DNA from: Acidaminococcaceae bacterium
GTDB lineage: Bacteria > Bacillota > Negativicutes > Acidaminococcales > Acidaminococcaceae
Direction: 5' to 3'
Length of the DNA: 64,000 nucleotides
Assembly (NCBI GenBank): GCA_017443005.1
Contig: JAFSPK010000052.1
Span: 265-64,264, forward strand
The position numbers and the translations under genes were made by a program. Positions 19,999-30,367 of this stretch are shown here, one piece after another. The notes beneath the pieces are model-generated. The model saw only the letters and a program-made list of their open reading frames with translations, did not search any database and was not told where the DNA came from. How positions within the stretch are numbered: position 1 is the first letter of the stretch; each line of letters begins with the position of its first letter.

Positions 19999-21228
19999 AT
20001 GAATTGGTTTTCGTTTTTTAAACTGCCGTCTCGCATTGCGGCGATCCTGGCAGGCGTCGGTGTACTGGGAGGCTTTTTGGCTCCCGGTTCTGCAGAAGCA
20101 GGGTACCGGAAGGTACCGGAGAAATATCAGGATGTGGATGTGAAGGTACTGCAAAGCGGTCCGACGCTGTTGTTTTCTGACAGTCCGGAAATGGTTTACG
20201 AGAACGGAATTTTGTATAAGGATATTGTAGAAGGGGAAGGCAGAGTCTTTTTCCATCATGTGAACGGGACGAAGAATACCCGGAAACTTGCCATACTGAT
20301 GCGTCCGGTCAATCTGCGGACAACCATCACCTGGGGCTGCAGGGGAATCGGCGATCCGGATACGGATTACTTTGTTTCCGCACGCAAGGGGCAGACGAGG
20401 TACTTTAAAGAGTATAAAGAGAGCTGGAACAAGGTGCGTAAAAAGGAACTTGCAGATAAGCGGGATAAGCGTACGAAGAGAGAAAAAGGCGAAGGGCCGG
20501 ATTACAGCTTTTACCAGAAGCTCTCTGACCTGCCGCTGACGAACCTGGTGCGGGGCGAATATCTGGAAGTTCTCTCACAGGCGTGCAACAGGAAGCAGGC
20601 AGGCGCCCGCCTGAAACCGGAACAGCTGCTGACCGGCATGTTTGATTTTCATGCAAGCCATCCGGTAGAAATCGTAATTATGATGTGCGATCCGAAAGAA
20701 GATATTGAGAATTTTTCGCAACAAGCCGCCTTACTGCCCATGGACGAACACCCCTTGCGGGGAACCTATCAGCATGCGGATCTGACCTATATTATCAAAA
20801 AGCCGTTCCGGATGAAATGGAATCAGGTAAAGGCGCTGTGCATGGCAGATTCGGAAGACCGTTATTATCTGATGGGTACGGACCGGATGACCGGGAGGAA
20901 GACACAGAACCACGGAAACTATGGCGTCATCTATCATCTCATGTACCGCGTGGCAGGTGAGCATCCGGTGCAGCTGGGGATCAATCCCTGGGGTGGCGAG
21001 TTTCACGGCACCGGGATGATGATATCGGACGGGAAGGCAGAACTGCTGAATATACCGGGAAAGAGTCATTTTTTCGGTAAAGGGGACGAGATAGATGACA
21101 TATTTCTCCATTCGCCAGATCATAAGAGAAAAGACGCGGAATTCATCTGGTCGCCTCCGGGCGCTTCCAATCTGCCGATACGGGCCTTTTGGACCGTGAA
21201 CAGACTTGAAAATAGTAGACAATCTTAA
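19999..21228 (+). CDS. Exported hypothetical protein
   Basis: N-terminal signal peptide; motifs LLFSDSPE, GNYGV, SPPGASNLP. Confidence 0.65.
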   Translation: MNWFSFFKLPSRIAAILAGVGVLGGFLAPGSAEAGYRKVPEKYQDVDVKVLQSGPTLLFSDSPEMVYENGILYKDIVEGEGRVFFHHVNGTKNTRKLAILMRPVNLRTTITWGCRGIGDPDTDYFVSARKGQTRYFKEYKESWNKVRKKELADKRDKRTKREKGEGPDYSFYQKLSDLPLTNLVRGEYLEVLSQACNRKQAGARLKPEQLLTGMFDFHASHPVEIVIMMCDPKEDIENFSQQAALLPMDEHPLRGTYQHADLTYIIKKPFRMKWNQVKALCMADSEDRYYLMGTDRMTGRKTQNHGNYGVIYHLMYRVAGEHPVQLGINPWGGEFHGTGMMISDGKAELLNIPGKSHFFGKGDEIDDIFLHSPDHKRKDAEFIWSPPGASNLPIRAFWTVNRLENSRQS

Positions 21229-21385
21229 TTAAATTTTCTTTAAATTGAGAACAGCCCTTTACAAAATCAAAAAATATGGTAAACTTAAAGTGATAAGGGA
21301 AAGAATGAACTAAAAAAAACGACGAGTTTTTTTGATTTGTAAAAAGTAGCCTTCTTAGTAATTAGTATTGATTGGAGGTCTGACT

Positions 21386-21856
21386 GTGGCTGTGCAAAAG
21401 AGAAATACCATTCAGCGTCAGCTGGTCATTTCTGCAGTACGTTCGTTGAGCAACCATCCTACGGCAGAAGAAGTGTATAACCGTATTGTTCTGGATTATC
21501 CGGATATCAGTAAGGGAACCGTGTACCGGAATTTGAATTCACTGGTAGACAGCGGATTACTGCGGCGCGTTTCCGTGCCCAGTTCCGCAGACCGTTACGA
21601 TCATATGCTGACCAAGCATTATCATGTGCAGTGCATGAAATGTCACCGGTTCATGAATGTGGACGATCTGGATTATTTCCAGGATCTGGACGACAAAATC
21701 GCCCAGATGACCGGCTATCGCATGGAAAATCATAATATCGTGTTCCAGGGAATCTGTCCGGAATGCCAGATTGAAGAGCTGGAAGCCAAGAAGCGGGAAG
21801 TGGAAATGGCGAAAGCGGAAGGCCGGAAACCGGATAAGATCAGCGCAAAATTATAG
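21386..21856 (+). CDS. Fur/PerR-family regulator
   Basis: HPTAEEVY, TVYRNL, HYHVQCMKC, GICPEC; GGAGGT RBS before GTG. Confidence 0.9.
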   Translation: MAVQKRNTIQRQLVISAVRSLSNHPTAEEVYNRIVLDYPDISKGTVYRNLNSLVDSGLLRRVSVPSSADRYDHMLTKHYHVQCMKCHRFMNVDDLDYFQDLDDKIAQMTGYRMENHNIVFQGICPECQIEELEAKKREVEMAKAEGRKPDKISAKL

Positions 21857-22087
21857 GGCGACAGCGAATTGTTTGTTCTAAACAATTAATACCTTAGAGC
21901 AGCTGTGTGTTTACAAATAAAAACAAGTAGGGTATGATTGAGTTGCGGATAGTATGTCCGCAACTTTTTTCATGTTACCGTGCAGGCATAATCCTGTAAT
22001 GCTCTTAAAAGGAATCGGCTGCCTGCCGGTCAGGATCGATTCTCAAAGTTTGAACTGATTGTTATTGAAAAGAAGCGGAAGAACATA

Positions 22088-23533
22088 ATGGCAAAGGCAA
22101 ATCATAATCAAAAGAAAAATAAGAACCATTCAGAAAAAATCAGAAACGGTTCCCCAAAAATCACAGCGGCGTTTTCTGTGCAGAAGGGCCAGGAGATGGA
22201 AATAACGATTACAGGTCTGGGCAGTGCGGGGGAAGGCGTGGGGCGTTTTAAAGATATTGCGGTATTTGTGCCGGGAGCCCTCCCTGGTGAAACGGTAAGG
22301 GCTGCGGCTGCATTTATCAAAAAGAGTTTCATAGTCGGAAAACTGCAGGAAATCATTACAGCTTCCCCGGACCGGGTCGAACCGGTCTGTCCGGTTTATG
22401 AAGCCTGCGGAGGCTGCCAGCTGCAGCATCTGTCTTACGAAGCGGAGCTGAAAGAAAAACGGGAGCAGGTAAAAGCAGCGCTGGAACGGATCGGGCATCT
22501 TCGCGACATCCATGTTGCGCCGACGATCGGTTCTGATAATCCGTTGTACTATCGGAATAAAATGCAGTTTCCTGTTTCGGGAAAACGAGGTAAACTGCAA
22601 ATCGGCTGTTTCGCGTTAAATACGCACAATGTGATTGACGTAACGGACTGCTGTATCCAGAAGAAAAAGAACAATTCCATTGCTGCCGTGGTACGGAAGT
22701 GGATGAAGCAGTTTAAAATTTTGCCGTATGACGAAGACAAAGGAACCGGCACGGTTCGTCATATCATGGGTCGTGTCGGCGTGCACACCGGGGAGATCAT
22801 GGTCTGCCTGGTCACGGCCCGGGATACCGTACCCCATCTGAAAGAACTGGTGCAGATGCTGAAGGCCGAAATTCCCGGCGTAAAAAGCGTGGTACAGAAT
22901 GTAAATAAGCGAAGCACCAATGTGATTTTAGGCGATAAGACCCGGTTGATTGCAGGTAACCCCACAATTAAGGATAAGATCGGTCCCCTGAAATTCAATA
23001 TTTCGGCCCAGTCGTTTTTCCAGGTGAACAGCGAACAGGCGGAAAAGTTATACAACACGGCCCTGGATTTTGCGGATCTGAAAGGAAAGGAAACGGTAGT
23101 CGATCTGTATTGCGGCACCGGGACCATCGCCCTTTTCATGGCGCAGAAAGCAAAACGGGCGCTGGGGATTGAAATCGTTCCTTCCGCTATACGGGATGCA
23201 AAGAAGAATGCCCAGGCCAACCATATTGAAAATGCGGACTTCTTATTAGGCGATGCTGCGGTGGAAATGCCGAAGCTTGCTGCCGACGGGCTGCGTCCGG
23301 ATGTGGTGATTCTGGATCCGCCCCGGGCCGGTTGTGAGGAACGGGTACTGGCCGCAATTGTAAAGGTGAAGCCGGAGAGGGTGGTGTATGTATCCTGTAA
23401 TCCCGCAACTCTGGCAAGGGATCTGGCTTACCTGTATGAACAAGGTTTTACGATTGACAGGGTACAGCCCTGCGATATGTTCAGCCGGACCCATCATGTG
23501 GAGACGGTAGTTAAACTGACACGTAAAAAATAA
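22088..23533 (+). CDS. rlmD: 23S rRNA (uracil-5)-methyltransferase
   Basis: TRAM domain, CGGCQLQH, SFFQVN, DLYCGTG, DPPRAG, YVSCNPATLARD. Confidence 0.93.
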   Translation: MAKANHNQKKNKNHSEKIRNGSPKITAAFSVQKGQEMEITITGLGSAGEGVGRFKDIAVFVPGALPGETVRAAAAFIKKSFIVGKLQEIITASPDRVEPVCPVYEACGGCQLQHLSYEAELKEKREQVKAALERIGHLRDIHVAPTIGSDNPLYYRNKMQFPVSGKRGKLQIGCFALNTHNVIDVTDCCIQKKKNNSIAAVVRKWMKQFKILPYDEDKGTGTVRHIMGRVGVHTGEIMVCLVTARDTVPHLKELVQMLKAEIPGVKSVVQNVNKRSTNVILGDKTRLIAGNPTIKDKIGPLKFNISAQSFFQVNSEQAEKLYNTALDFADLKGKETVVDLYCGTGTIALFMAQKAKRALGIEIVPSAIRDAKKNAQANHIENADFLLGDAAVEMPKLAADGLRPDVVILDPPRAGCEERVLAAIVKVKPERVVYVSCNPATLARDLAYLYEQGFTIDRVQPCDMFSRTHHVETVVKLTRKK

Positions 23534-23705
23534 CGGATGGTTTGCTTAGGCCTTTGCCTGATTGCATAATTATATGCCTGCAAATTCCGGCTTTTCTGAT
23601 AAAAACTACGTTTTGCCTCTTGCAAACCCTGATAAATGCTGTTATTATAATTGTGATCCAGTGCTTAAGCACTTTCGAATTTTTAATAAAAAAGGAGTGT
23701 AAATT

Positions 23706-24005
23706 ATGAACAAACAAGAACTCGTTGCAGCAGTTGCTGCAGAAACCAGCATGCCTAAAAAATGCGTAGACGCAGTGCTGAAATCCATCGTTGGTAATGT
23801 AGTTGCCGAAGTAGCCAAGAAAGGCAAAGTACAGATGATCGGCTTTGGTACTTTTGAAGCCCGCGAACGCGCTGCCCGTACCGGCAAGAACCCGCAGAAC
23901 GGCAAACCCATCAAAATTGCCGCCTCTACCGTTCCCGCTTTCAAAGCAGGCAAAGCTTTCAAGGAAGCTGTTAACGCCAAACCGGCTAAAAAAGGTAAAA
24001 AATAA
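23706..24005 (+). CDS. hup: HU DNA-binding protein
   Basis: MNKQELV, GFGTF, RTGKNPQNG, PAFKAGK. Confidence 0.95.
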   Translation: MNKQELVAAVAAETSMPKKCVDAVLKSIVGNVVAEVAKKGKVQMIGFGTFEARERAARTGKNPQNGKPIKIAASTVPAFKAGKAFKEAVNAKPAKKGKK

Positions 24006-24316
24006 TACGTGATTCCCGGCCCGCTGCAGAAATGCGGCGGGCTTTTTTGTTGGTATAAACGGTGCTTTTTGTATCAGGCAACAGACCAAGGCTTTGCCTG
24101 ACTTTTTGTGTCTTGTTGCATTTTGAGACGACAGGAAGAATGACTAAATCAAAAGATTGATTTTATTTGAGCAAAGCATAGGTTTATGTTATAATAGTAT
24201 CGAAATACTAAATATTGTAATATTAGCGCTTTCTTCAATAATAGTGGAATGAGTCACATGTTGATTTGAGCGGTATTATTTTTTCTGTGTTTTATCATAG
24301 AGTCGGAGGCGGCTTC

Positions 24317-25975
24317 ATGAATTCAATCCGTCAAAAGTTTACCGTTTTGAATTTGGTAATCATATTCCTCTGTACGTTTATCGTGGGCGGGGCAGGCCTG
24401 TGGTTTACTTCCCGTTCCCAAAAAGAATATTCTGATGAAATCCTGCAGCTGACCTGCAAACAGGAAACCAGTTTCCTGAATGAAGAATTTATTGATATCC
24501 AGCGTTCTATCAATATATTTGCGGATCAGGCAACGGACCGGATGCCGCCGGTAGAAGTGCTCGGTACCAATGCCGCCGTGCGTCGGCAATATGTATCCGA
24601 GATGGAAAAGCTGATCGGCGATATCGTGCGTCATAACAAGGGCGTAGTCTGTTATTATCTGCGTATTGCACCGGAACTGGCAGATGAAGTAACCGGAGAC
24701 GGCGGCTTTTTCTATACAAAGAAGAAACGGGTGGAAACATTCATTAAGCAGCCGCTGACGAAGATACTGGATTTCGATCCGTCCGACGTGGAACATGTGG
24801 GATGGTATTACGGACCCAAGGCCGCCGGGAAGTCCATATGGATGGAACCGTATTATAATAAAAATATAGACATGGATATGATATCCTATGTGACGCCGTT
24901 GTATAAGGAAGGGCGGTTTATCGGCGTAGTAGGCATGGATATGGATTTCGGTCTGATCGTAAACGATGTTAGCGTCATCAGCCCTTACAAAACAGGGTAT
25001 ACCAGCCTGGTGTCCCGGGAAGGCAAATTCTATTACCATCCTGTCTATAATCCGGGAACCTCCGTTTCCGATTACACCGGGGAACTGCAGGAATTAGTCA
25101 ATGATATGAAATATTACGGAGGCGGCGGCCGCCCCAAAACTTACACCTATACCCATAAGGAAAAAGAAAAGAAGCTGGTGTTCAGCCGGCTGCAGAACGA
25201 TATGGTGTTGCTCCTTTCCGTTCAGACCGACGAAATCGAAGCAAGACAGAACACCATGTTTCGTATTATTGCTATCGCGTCGATCGTCATGGCCTTACTG
25301 GCGGCCATCATTAACCTGATCGTATCTACGCGGATCACCCGGCCGTTAAAGACGCTGACGGAAGCTGCCAAACAGATCGCCGAAGGCAATCTGGATGTGG
25401 AGCTGCCCAGCCCCACCCACGATGAGGTGGGGATCCTGACCCGAAGCTTTGACGTTACGGTGCAGAACCTTAAGAAATATATTTCCGGTATGCGGTATAA
25501 GGCGTACAGTGATCCGCTGACCCATGTAAAGAACAAAAATGCCTACGAAATGGAAAAGGAACGGCTGGAACGCCAGATGCATGCGGGTGATGCAAAGTTT
25601 GCGCTGCTGATGCTGGATACCAACGACCTGAAGGAAATCAATGATACCTACGGGCACGACCACGGCGATGAATATCTGATGACCTGCTGCCATCTGATCT
25701 GCGGGGTATTCGATCACAGCCCCGTGTTCCGCATTGGAGGCGATGAGTTCCTGGTATTGCTGGAAAACGAGGATTACGAGCACCGGGAAGAACTGGTAGC
25801 TGAATTTAATCGTCTCTCGGAAAAGACGCTAAAGGAGCCTCGTGCCTGGAACCGGGTTTCCGCAGCGAAAGGGCTGGCTGTATGCGAACCGTCCGATACG
25901 TCTCCGGAAGATGTATTGCGGCGGGCGGACCATGCCATGTATCAGGATAAAAAAGCGATGAAAGAAAACGGATGA
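24317..25975 (+). CDS. Cache-HAMP-GGDEF diguanylate cyclase
   Basis: Two TMs, WYY..W.EPY Cache motif, HAMP (DEVGIL), intact RIGGDEF. Confidence 0.9.
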   Translation: MNSIRQKFTVLNLVIIFLCTFIVGGAGLWFTSRSQKEYSDEILQLTCKQETSFLNEEFIDIQRSINIFADQATDRMPPVEVLGTNAAVRRQYVSEMEKLIGDIVRHNKGVVCYYLRIAPELADEVTGDGGFFYTKKKRVETFIKQPLTKILDFDPSDVEHVGWYYGPKAAGKSIWMEPYYNKNIDMDMISYVTPLYKEGRFIGVVGMDMDFGLIVNDVSVISPYKTGYTSLVSREGKFYYHPVYNPGTSVSDYTGELQELVNDMKYYGGGGRPKTYTYTHKEKEKKLVFSRLQNDMVLLLSVQTDEIEARQNTMFRIIAIASIVMALLAAIINLIVSTRITRPLKTLTEAAKQIAEGNLDVELPSPTHDEVGILTRSFDVTVQNLKKYISGMRYKAYSDPLTHVKNKNAYEMEKERLERQMHAGDAKFALLMLDTNDLKEINDTYGHDHGDEYLMTCCHLICGVFDHSPVFRIGGDEFLVLLENEDYEHREELVAEFNRLSEKTLKEPRAWNRVSAAKGLAVCEPSDTSPEDVLRRADHAMYQDKKAMKENG

Positions 25976-26100
25976 TAATGAATTATAGGAATGAAAAAAA
26001 TGCCTCGCGTGTGCGGGGCATTTTTTGAATCCGTACCTGCAAGGGATGACAGCGGAGATGCACAGGGTTTTATGAGTTATGGTAACAAGGGGGGTACATT

Positions 26101-27417
26101 ATGCAAAAAATGAAAAAGACGGTTTCCATGGTACTGGCAGGGGATTCGTTCATCACGCAGCGGCTGCCCCGGGATGCAAAGCTGGCGGCGCTGAAACACT
26201 ATCTGGAAGGTTTTGACGTGCGGTTTACCAATTTTGAGATCCTGCTTCATGATTTTGAAGTGTTTCCGGCTCCGGTCAGCGGCGGTACCTGGGCCTGCGC
26301 CCGTCCGGCCGTGCTGCAGGATCTGCAGTATCTTGGCTTCAACCTTTATACCTGGGCCAATAACCATACCATCGACTGGAATCTGGGCGGGATTTTAACT
26401 ACCAAAAAGCATCTGGATGCAGCCGGTGTTGTCCACGCCGGTTGCGGGATCAATCTGGAAGAAGCGGCCCAGCCCCGGTATCTGGATCTGCCCCAGGGCC
26501 GTGTGGCGATTATCGGTGTGACATCTACCATGAACGAGTGGGGGATGGCCTCCAACCCGCGGCGGGATGTGCTGGGACGCCCCGGCGCCAACGTGCTGCG
26601 GTACCAGACGGTTCACAAGGTGAAACCGAAAGAACTGGAAACCCTGCGCAAAATCGTCGATCAGACCGAAGTGAATGCCGACCGTATGCTGTTGGAAAAA
26701 GAGGGGTTCAATAAGCCCCTGACCGGCGGTTACCTGATTGGGAAGATCCGCTTTGAAGCTACGGCCCGCGGCGAGATGCCCGGCACCGTCACCACCATGA
26801 ACAAAAAGGATGCGGACCGGATCGTCCGTTCCATTGAAGAAGCGAAACGGCAGGCGGATTTTGTATTTGTCAGTCACCACAGCCACGAACGCAAAGGGAT
26901 GGCGAAGAACCGGCCGGCGGATTTTTGCCGCGATTTCGCAAAACTTTGTATTGATGCCGGGGCGACGGCCTATATCGGACACGGTCCCCACATCTGGCGC
27001 GGCATTGAGATTTACAAAGATAAACCCGTATTCTACAGTCTGGGGGATTTCATTTTCCAGAACGATTCGGTGGAACGCCAGCCCACGGAGTTTTACGATC
27101 TGTATGACCTGGGACCGGATAACACCGTTGCTGACGGCCTGGATGCCCGCAGTGCCAACGGGACCCGGGGCCTGGCAGTCGATCATTTTGTGTTTGAATC
27201 AGCCCTGGCTTCCTTTACGGTGACAGACGGCGCGATCCGGGAAGTGGATCTGCAGCCCCTGAGCCTGGGATTTAAAAACGGCAGAAGCCTCCGGGGACGT
27301 CCGGAACTGGCGGACGGGAAGTATGGCGAACAGATTCTGGCGGATATTGCGGACCTGTCCAAGCAATACGGAACCGCGATTCAGATTGCTGAAGGAAAAG
27401 GGAAGATTGTCATTTAG
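26101..27417 (+). CDS. CapA-family metallophosphoesterase, no signal peptide
   Basis: LAGD, NFE, ANNH..D, GHGPH, YSLGDF. Confidence 0.85.
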   Translation: MQKMKKTVSMVLAGDSFITQRLPRDAKLAALKHYLEGFDVRFTNFEILLHDFEVFPAPVSGGTWACARPAVLQDLQYLGFNLYTWANNHTIDWNLGGILTTKKHLDAAGVVHAGCGINLEEAAQPRYLDLPQGRVAIIGVTSTMNEWGMASNPRRDVLGRPGANVLRYQTVHKVKPKELETLRKIVDQTEVNADRMLLEKEGFNKPLTGGYLIGKIRFEATARGEMPGTVTTMNKKDADRIVRSIEEAKRQADFVFVSHHSHERKGMAKNRPADFCRDFAKLCIDAGATAYIGHGPHIWRGIEIYKDKPVFYSLGDFIFQNDSVERQPTEFYDLYDLGPDNTVADGLDARSANGTRGLAVDHFVFESALASFTVTDGAIREVDLQPLSLGFKNGRSLRGRPELADGKYGEQILADIADLSKQYGTAIQIAEGKGKIVI

Positions 27418-27675
27418 TGTTGCGAAACGGAAAGGCGTTATGCTTTTCCGTTTTTCTTTGGTGTTTTTGCTGTGACCTTTGACCGCTGTTCATTTTGTAT
27501 ACAGTATTTTTGAGCAGGAAATATTGTGAAGAGATATTCCTGGTGCTATACTAATAAGTAATAATATAGGCGAGCGTGCCTGATTATTTTGGAAATGCGG
27601 ATTGCAATAATCAGTGTTTTCACAAGTTTGGCCGGGTTACTGGGTTAGGTTGTATCCGACAAAGGGGGGTAAACT

Positions 27676-28923
27676 ATGTTAATCTTAGGTGGTCTTATTG
27701 TTCTGGCGGCGCTGTTCCTGCTGGTGAAGCGCTATGAAGCCAGGATGGTGCTGGTAGGCGCCGGTATCGTGATGTGTCTGGTGTCGGGAGCTCCCATGAA
27801 GGCGCTGGATGCCTTTGCCAAAGGCATGGGCAGCGGCATGATTGCTTCTGCCTGCTCCAGTATGGGTTTTGCATTGGCCATGCGTTTTACGGGCTGCGAT
27901 AAACATCTGATCAACGCCCTGGCAAAAATCCTGTTAAAAGTAAACTGGCTGCTGATTCCCGGCGTTATCTTCGGGACCTATGCCGTGAACGTGGCGCTGC
28001 CCAGTGCGGCTGGTACGGCGGCAGCGGCAGGCGCCATCTTCATTCCTATCCTGATGGGCGCCGGCGTGCACCCGGCTATGGCAGCGGCTGCGGTTAAGTG
28101 CGGTACCTACGGCTCCATGCTGAACCCCGGTCTGGCCCACAACCCGTTTGTGGCGAAGATTGCCGGCGTTAATGTAATGGACGTCATCGCATTCCATTAC
28201 AAAGCCAATATCGCTTCTCTTCTTGTTGGCGCTGTGGTTTTAACTGCGATTGCTTACTTCCTGAAGGAAAATAAAGGTCATGTGGTAGAAGGGCTGGAAC
28301 TGGATACGGAATTTAAGGTAAATCCGCTCTACGCTCTGATGCCCGTAGTTCCCATCGCAATTCTGATTTTAGGCGCGACCAAGATGGTTCCCATGTTCAA
28401 GATGGGGGTAGCCCAGGCTATGGTCATCGGCGCCATCCTGACCTGCATCGTGACCCGGACCAACCCCGCGGCGCTGACCAAGTCTTTCTTTGACGGCATG
28501 GGCAAAGCCTACGGCGATATCATCGGTATCATTCTGGCGGCAGGCGTGTTCGTAGCCGGTATGAATGCTATGGGTCTGGTCAAGGCGTTTATCGCCGCCA
28601 TGGTCAACAATCCGTCTATCGTTAAGATTTGCGCATCCGTAGGTCCCTTCCTGCTGGGTCTGATCACCGGTTCCGGCGATGCGGCGACCTTTGCGTTTAA
28701 CGAAGCGGTTACGCCCCATGCGGCAGACTTTGGTATGTCTATTGTGCAGATGGGTTCCATGGCTACCCTGGGCGGCACCCTGGGCCGTACCATGTCCCCG
28801 ATTGCCGGCGCAACCATCATCGTAGCCGGTATCGCAGGCATCAGCCCCATGGAAGTTACCCGCCGCAATGCGATCCCCATGGTTTTCGCCATGATTATCG
28901 GCATGATGTTCCTGGCATTCTGA
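27676..28923 (+). CDS. dcuC: DcuC-family C4-dicarboxylate-type transporter
   Basis: Polytopic; LPSAAG, LNPG, GSGDA, GRTMSPIAG. Confidence 0.8.
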   Translation: MLILGGLIVLAALFLLVKRYEARMVLVGAGIVMCLVSGAPMKALDAFAKGMGSGMIASACSSMGFALAMRFTGCDKHLINALAKILLKVNWLLIPGVIFGTYAVNVALPSAAGTAAAAGAIFIPILMGAGVHPAMAAAAVKCGTYGSMLNPGLAHNPFVAKIAGVNVMDVIAFHYKANIASLLVGAVVLTAIAYFLKENKGHVVEGLELDTEFKVNPLYALMPVVPIAILILGATKMVPMFKMGVAQAMVIGAILTCIVTRTNPAALTKSFFDGMGKAYGDIIGIILAAGVFVAGMNAMGLVKAFIAAMVNNPSIVKICASVGPFLLGLITGSGDAATFAFNEAVTPHAADFGMSIVQMGSMATLGGTLGRTMSPIAGATIIVAGIAGISPMEVTRRNAIPMVFAMIIGMMFLAF

Positions 28924-29043
28924 TTCAGGCATAAAAAGCAGTATATAGTGTAAAGATGATATGCTTCCGCGTATCCGTTCCGTGCGGGTACGCGGAACCT
29001 GTAATAGGAGTATTGAAATAAAACGGTAAAGGGTAAAGAAAGA

Positions 29044-30351
29044 ATGGTGACTATGGAAACAATTTGGAAACAGGCAGAAAACTTAAAAGAAGAACTGGCG
29101 GCCCGGCGGCGTAACCTGCACAGCCACCCTGAAACAGGCTGGACGGAATTCCGTACGGCTTCCCTGATCATTAAAGAATTGGAGGCGCTGGGCTATGAAG
29201 TGCATTTTGGCGCTGAAGTGGTTGCGGAAGCGTCCATGATGGGCCGTCCCACCGCTGCAGAGCTGGAACGGTATATGAAACGTGCCGTTACCGAAGGGGC
29301 AGACCTGGCGCTGGTGGAAAAGATGGCCGGCGGCAAGACCGGCGTGGTTGGCATTTTGGATACGGGCAGGCCCGGCAAGACCGTTGCGTTCCGCTTTGAC
29401 ATGGACTGCAACGATGTGGAAGAAGACAAAGGCGAAGGACATCGCCCGGCGGCCGAAGGTTTTTGTTCTACCCATACAAAAGCCATGCATGCCTGCGGGC
29501 ACGACGGGCATGTGACCATCGGCCTGGCTGTAGCGAAACTGCTGAAAGAAAACTTGGATAAACTGCACGGACGGATCAAACTGATCTTCCAGCCTGCGGA
29601 GGAAGGCGTGCGGGGCGCGCTGGCCATGGTGGATGCCGGTGTGGTGGACGATGTGGATTACCTGTTCGGCGGGCACATCGGCTTCAAGTGTACCCAGGCG
29701 GACACACTGGTCACTATGACGGACGGCTTCCTGGCCACCACAAAACTGGATGCGGAGTTCCACGGCGTTTCCGCCCATGCGGGAGCGGCGCCGGAAGAAG
29801 GGAAGAACGCCTTGCTGGCGGCGGCCCAGGCAGCAATCAGTTTAAGTACGATCTCCCGGCACAGCCAGGGCTCCAGCCGTATCAACGTCGGCGTGCTGAA
29901 TGCGGGAACCGGGCGGAACGTAGTGCCTGATATCGCGTCCATGAAAATAGAGACCCGGGGCGGCAACACGGAAATCAATGAGTTCATGGTAAAAGAGGCC
30001 CGCCGTATGCTGCAGGCTGCTGCGGATCTGTATGATGTGAAAGTAGACATCTCGTTAGCGGGGGGCGCTCCGGCCAGCATTTACGATAAGGAACTGGCGG
30101 AAGAAATTGCGGCGCTGGTGAAAGAAAAGTGCGGCTACGCCCATGTGCTGACCTATGTGGACATGGGCGGCAGCGAAGACTGTACGTATTTTATGGACCG
30201 GGTGCAGAAGCGCGGCGGCAAAGCGGCGTACATGATGTACGGAACGCCGATTGCTGCAGGGCACCACAACAGTCACTTCGACTTTGATGAGGAAGTGCTG
30301 TGGAAAGCCGCGGCGACCCTGACGGAACTGGCTGTAAAGTACAGCGCATGA
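29044..30351 (+). CDS. M20D amidohydrolase (AbgA-like)
   Basis: HPETGWTEF, RFDMD, HACGHDGH, FQPAEEG, GSED, HHN..FDFDE. Confidence 0.88.
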   Translation: MVTMETIWKQAENLKEELAARRRNLHSHPETGWTEFRTASLIIKELEALGYEVHFGAEVVAEASMMGRPTAAELERYMKRAVTEGADLALVEKMAGGKTGVVGILDTGRPGKTVAFRFDMDCNDVEEDKGEGHRPAAEGFCSTHTKAMHACGHDGHVTIGLAVAKLLKENLDKLHGRIKLIFQPAEEGVRGALAMVDAGVVDDVDYLFGGHIGFKCTQADTLVTMTDGFLATTKLDAEFHGVSAHAGAAPEEGKNALLAAAQAAISLSTISRHSQGSSRINVGVLNAGTGRNVVPDIASMKIETRGGNTEINEFMVKEARRMLQAAADLYDVKVDISLAGGAPASIYDKELAEEIAALVKEKCGYAHVLTYVDMGGSEDCTYFMDRVQKRGGKAAYMMYGTPIAAGHHNSHFDFDEEVLWKAAATLTELAVKYSA

Positions 30352-30367
30352 TTTTAGGAGAACAAGT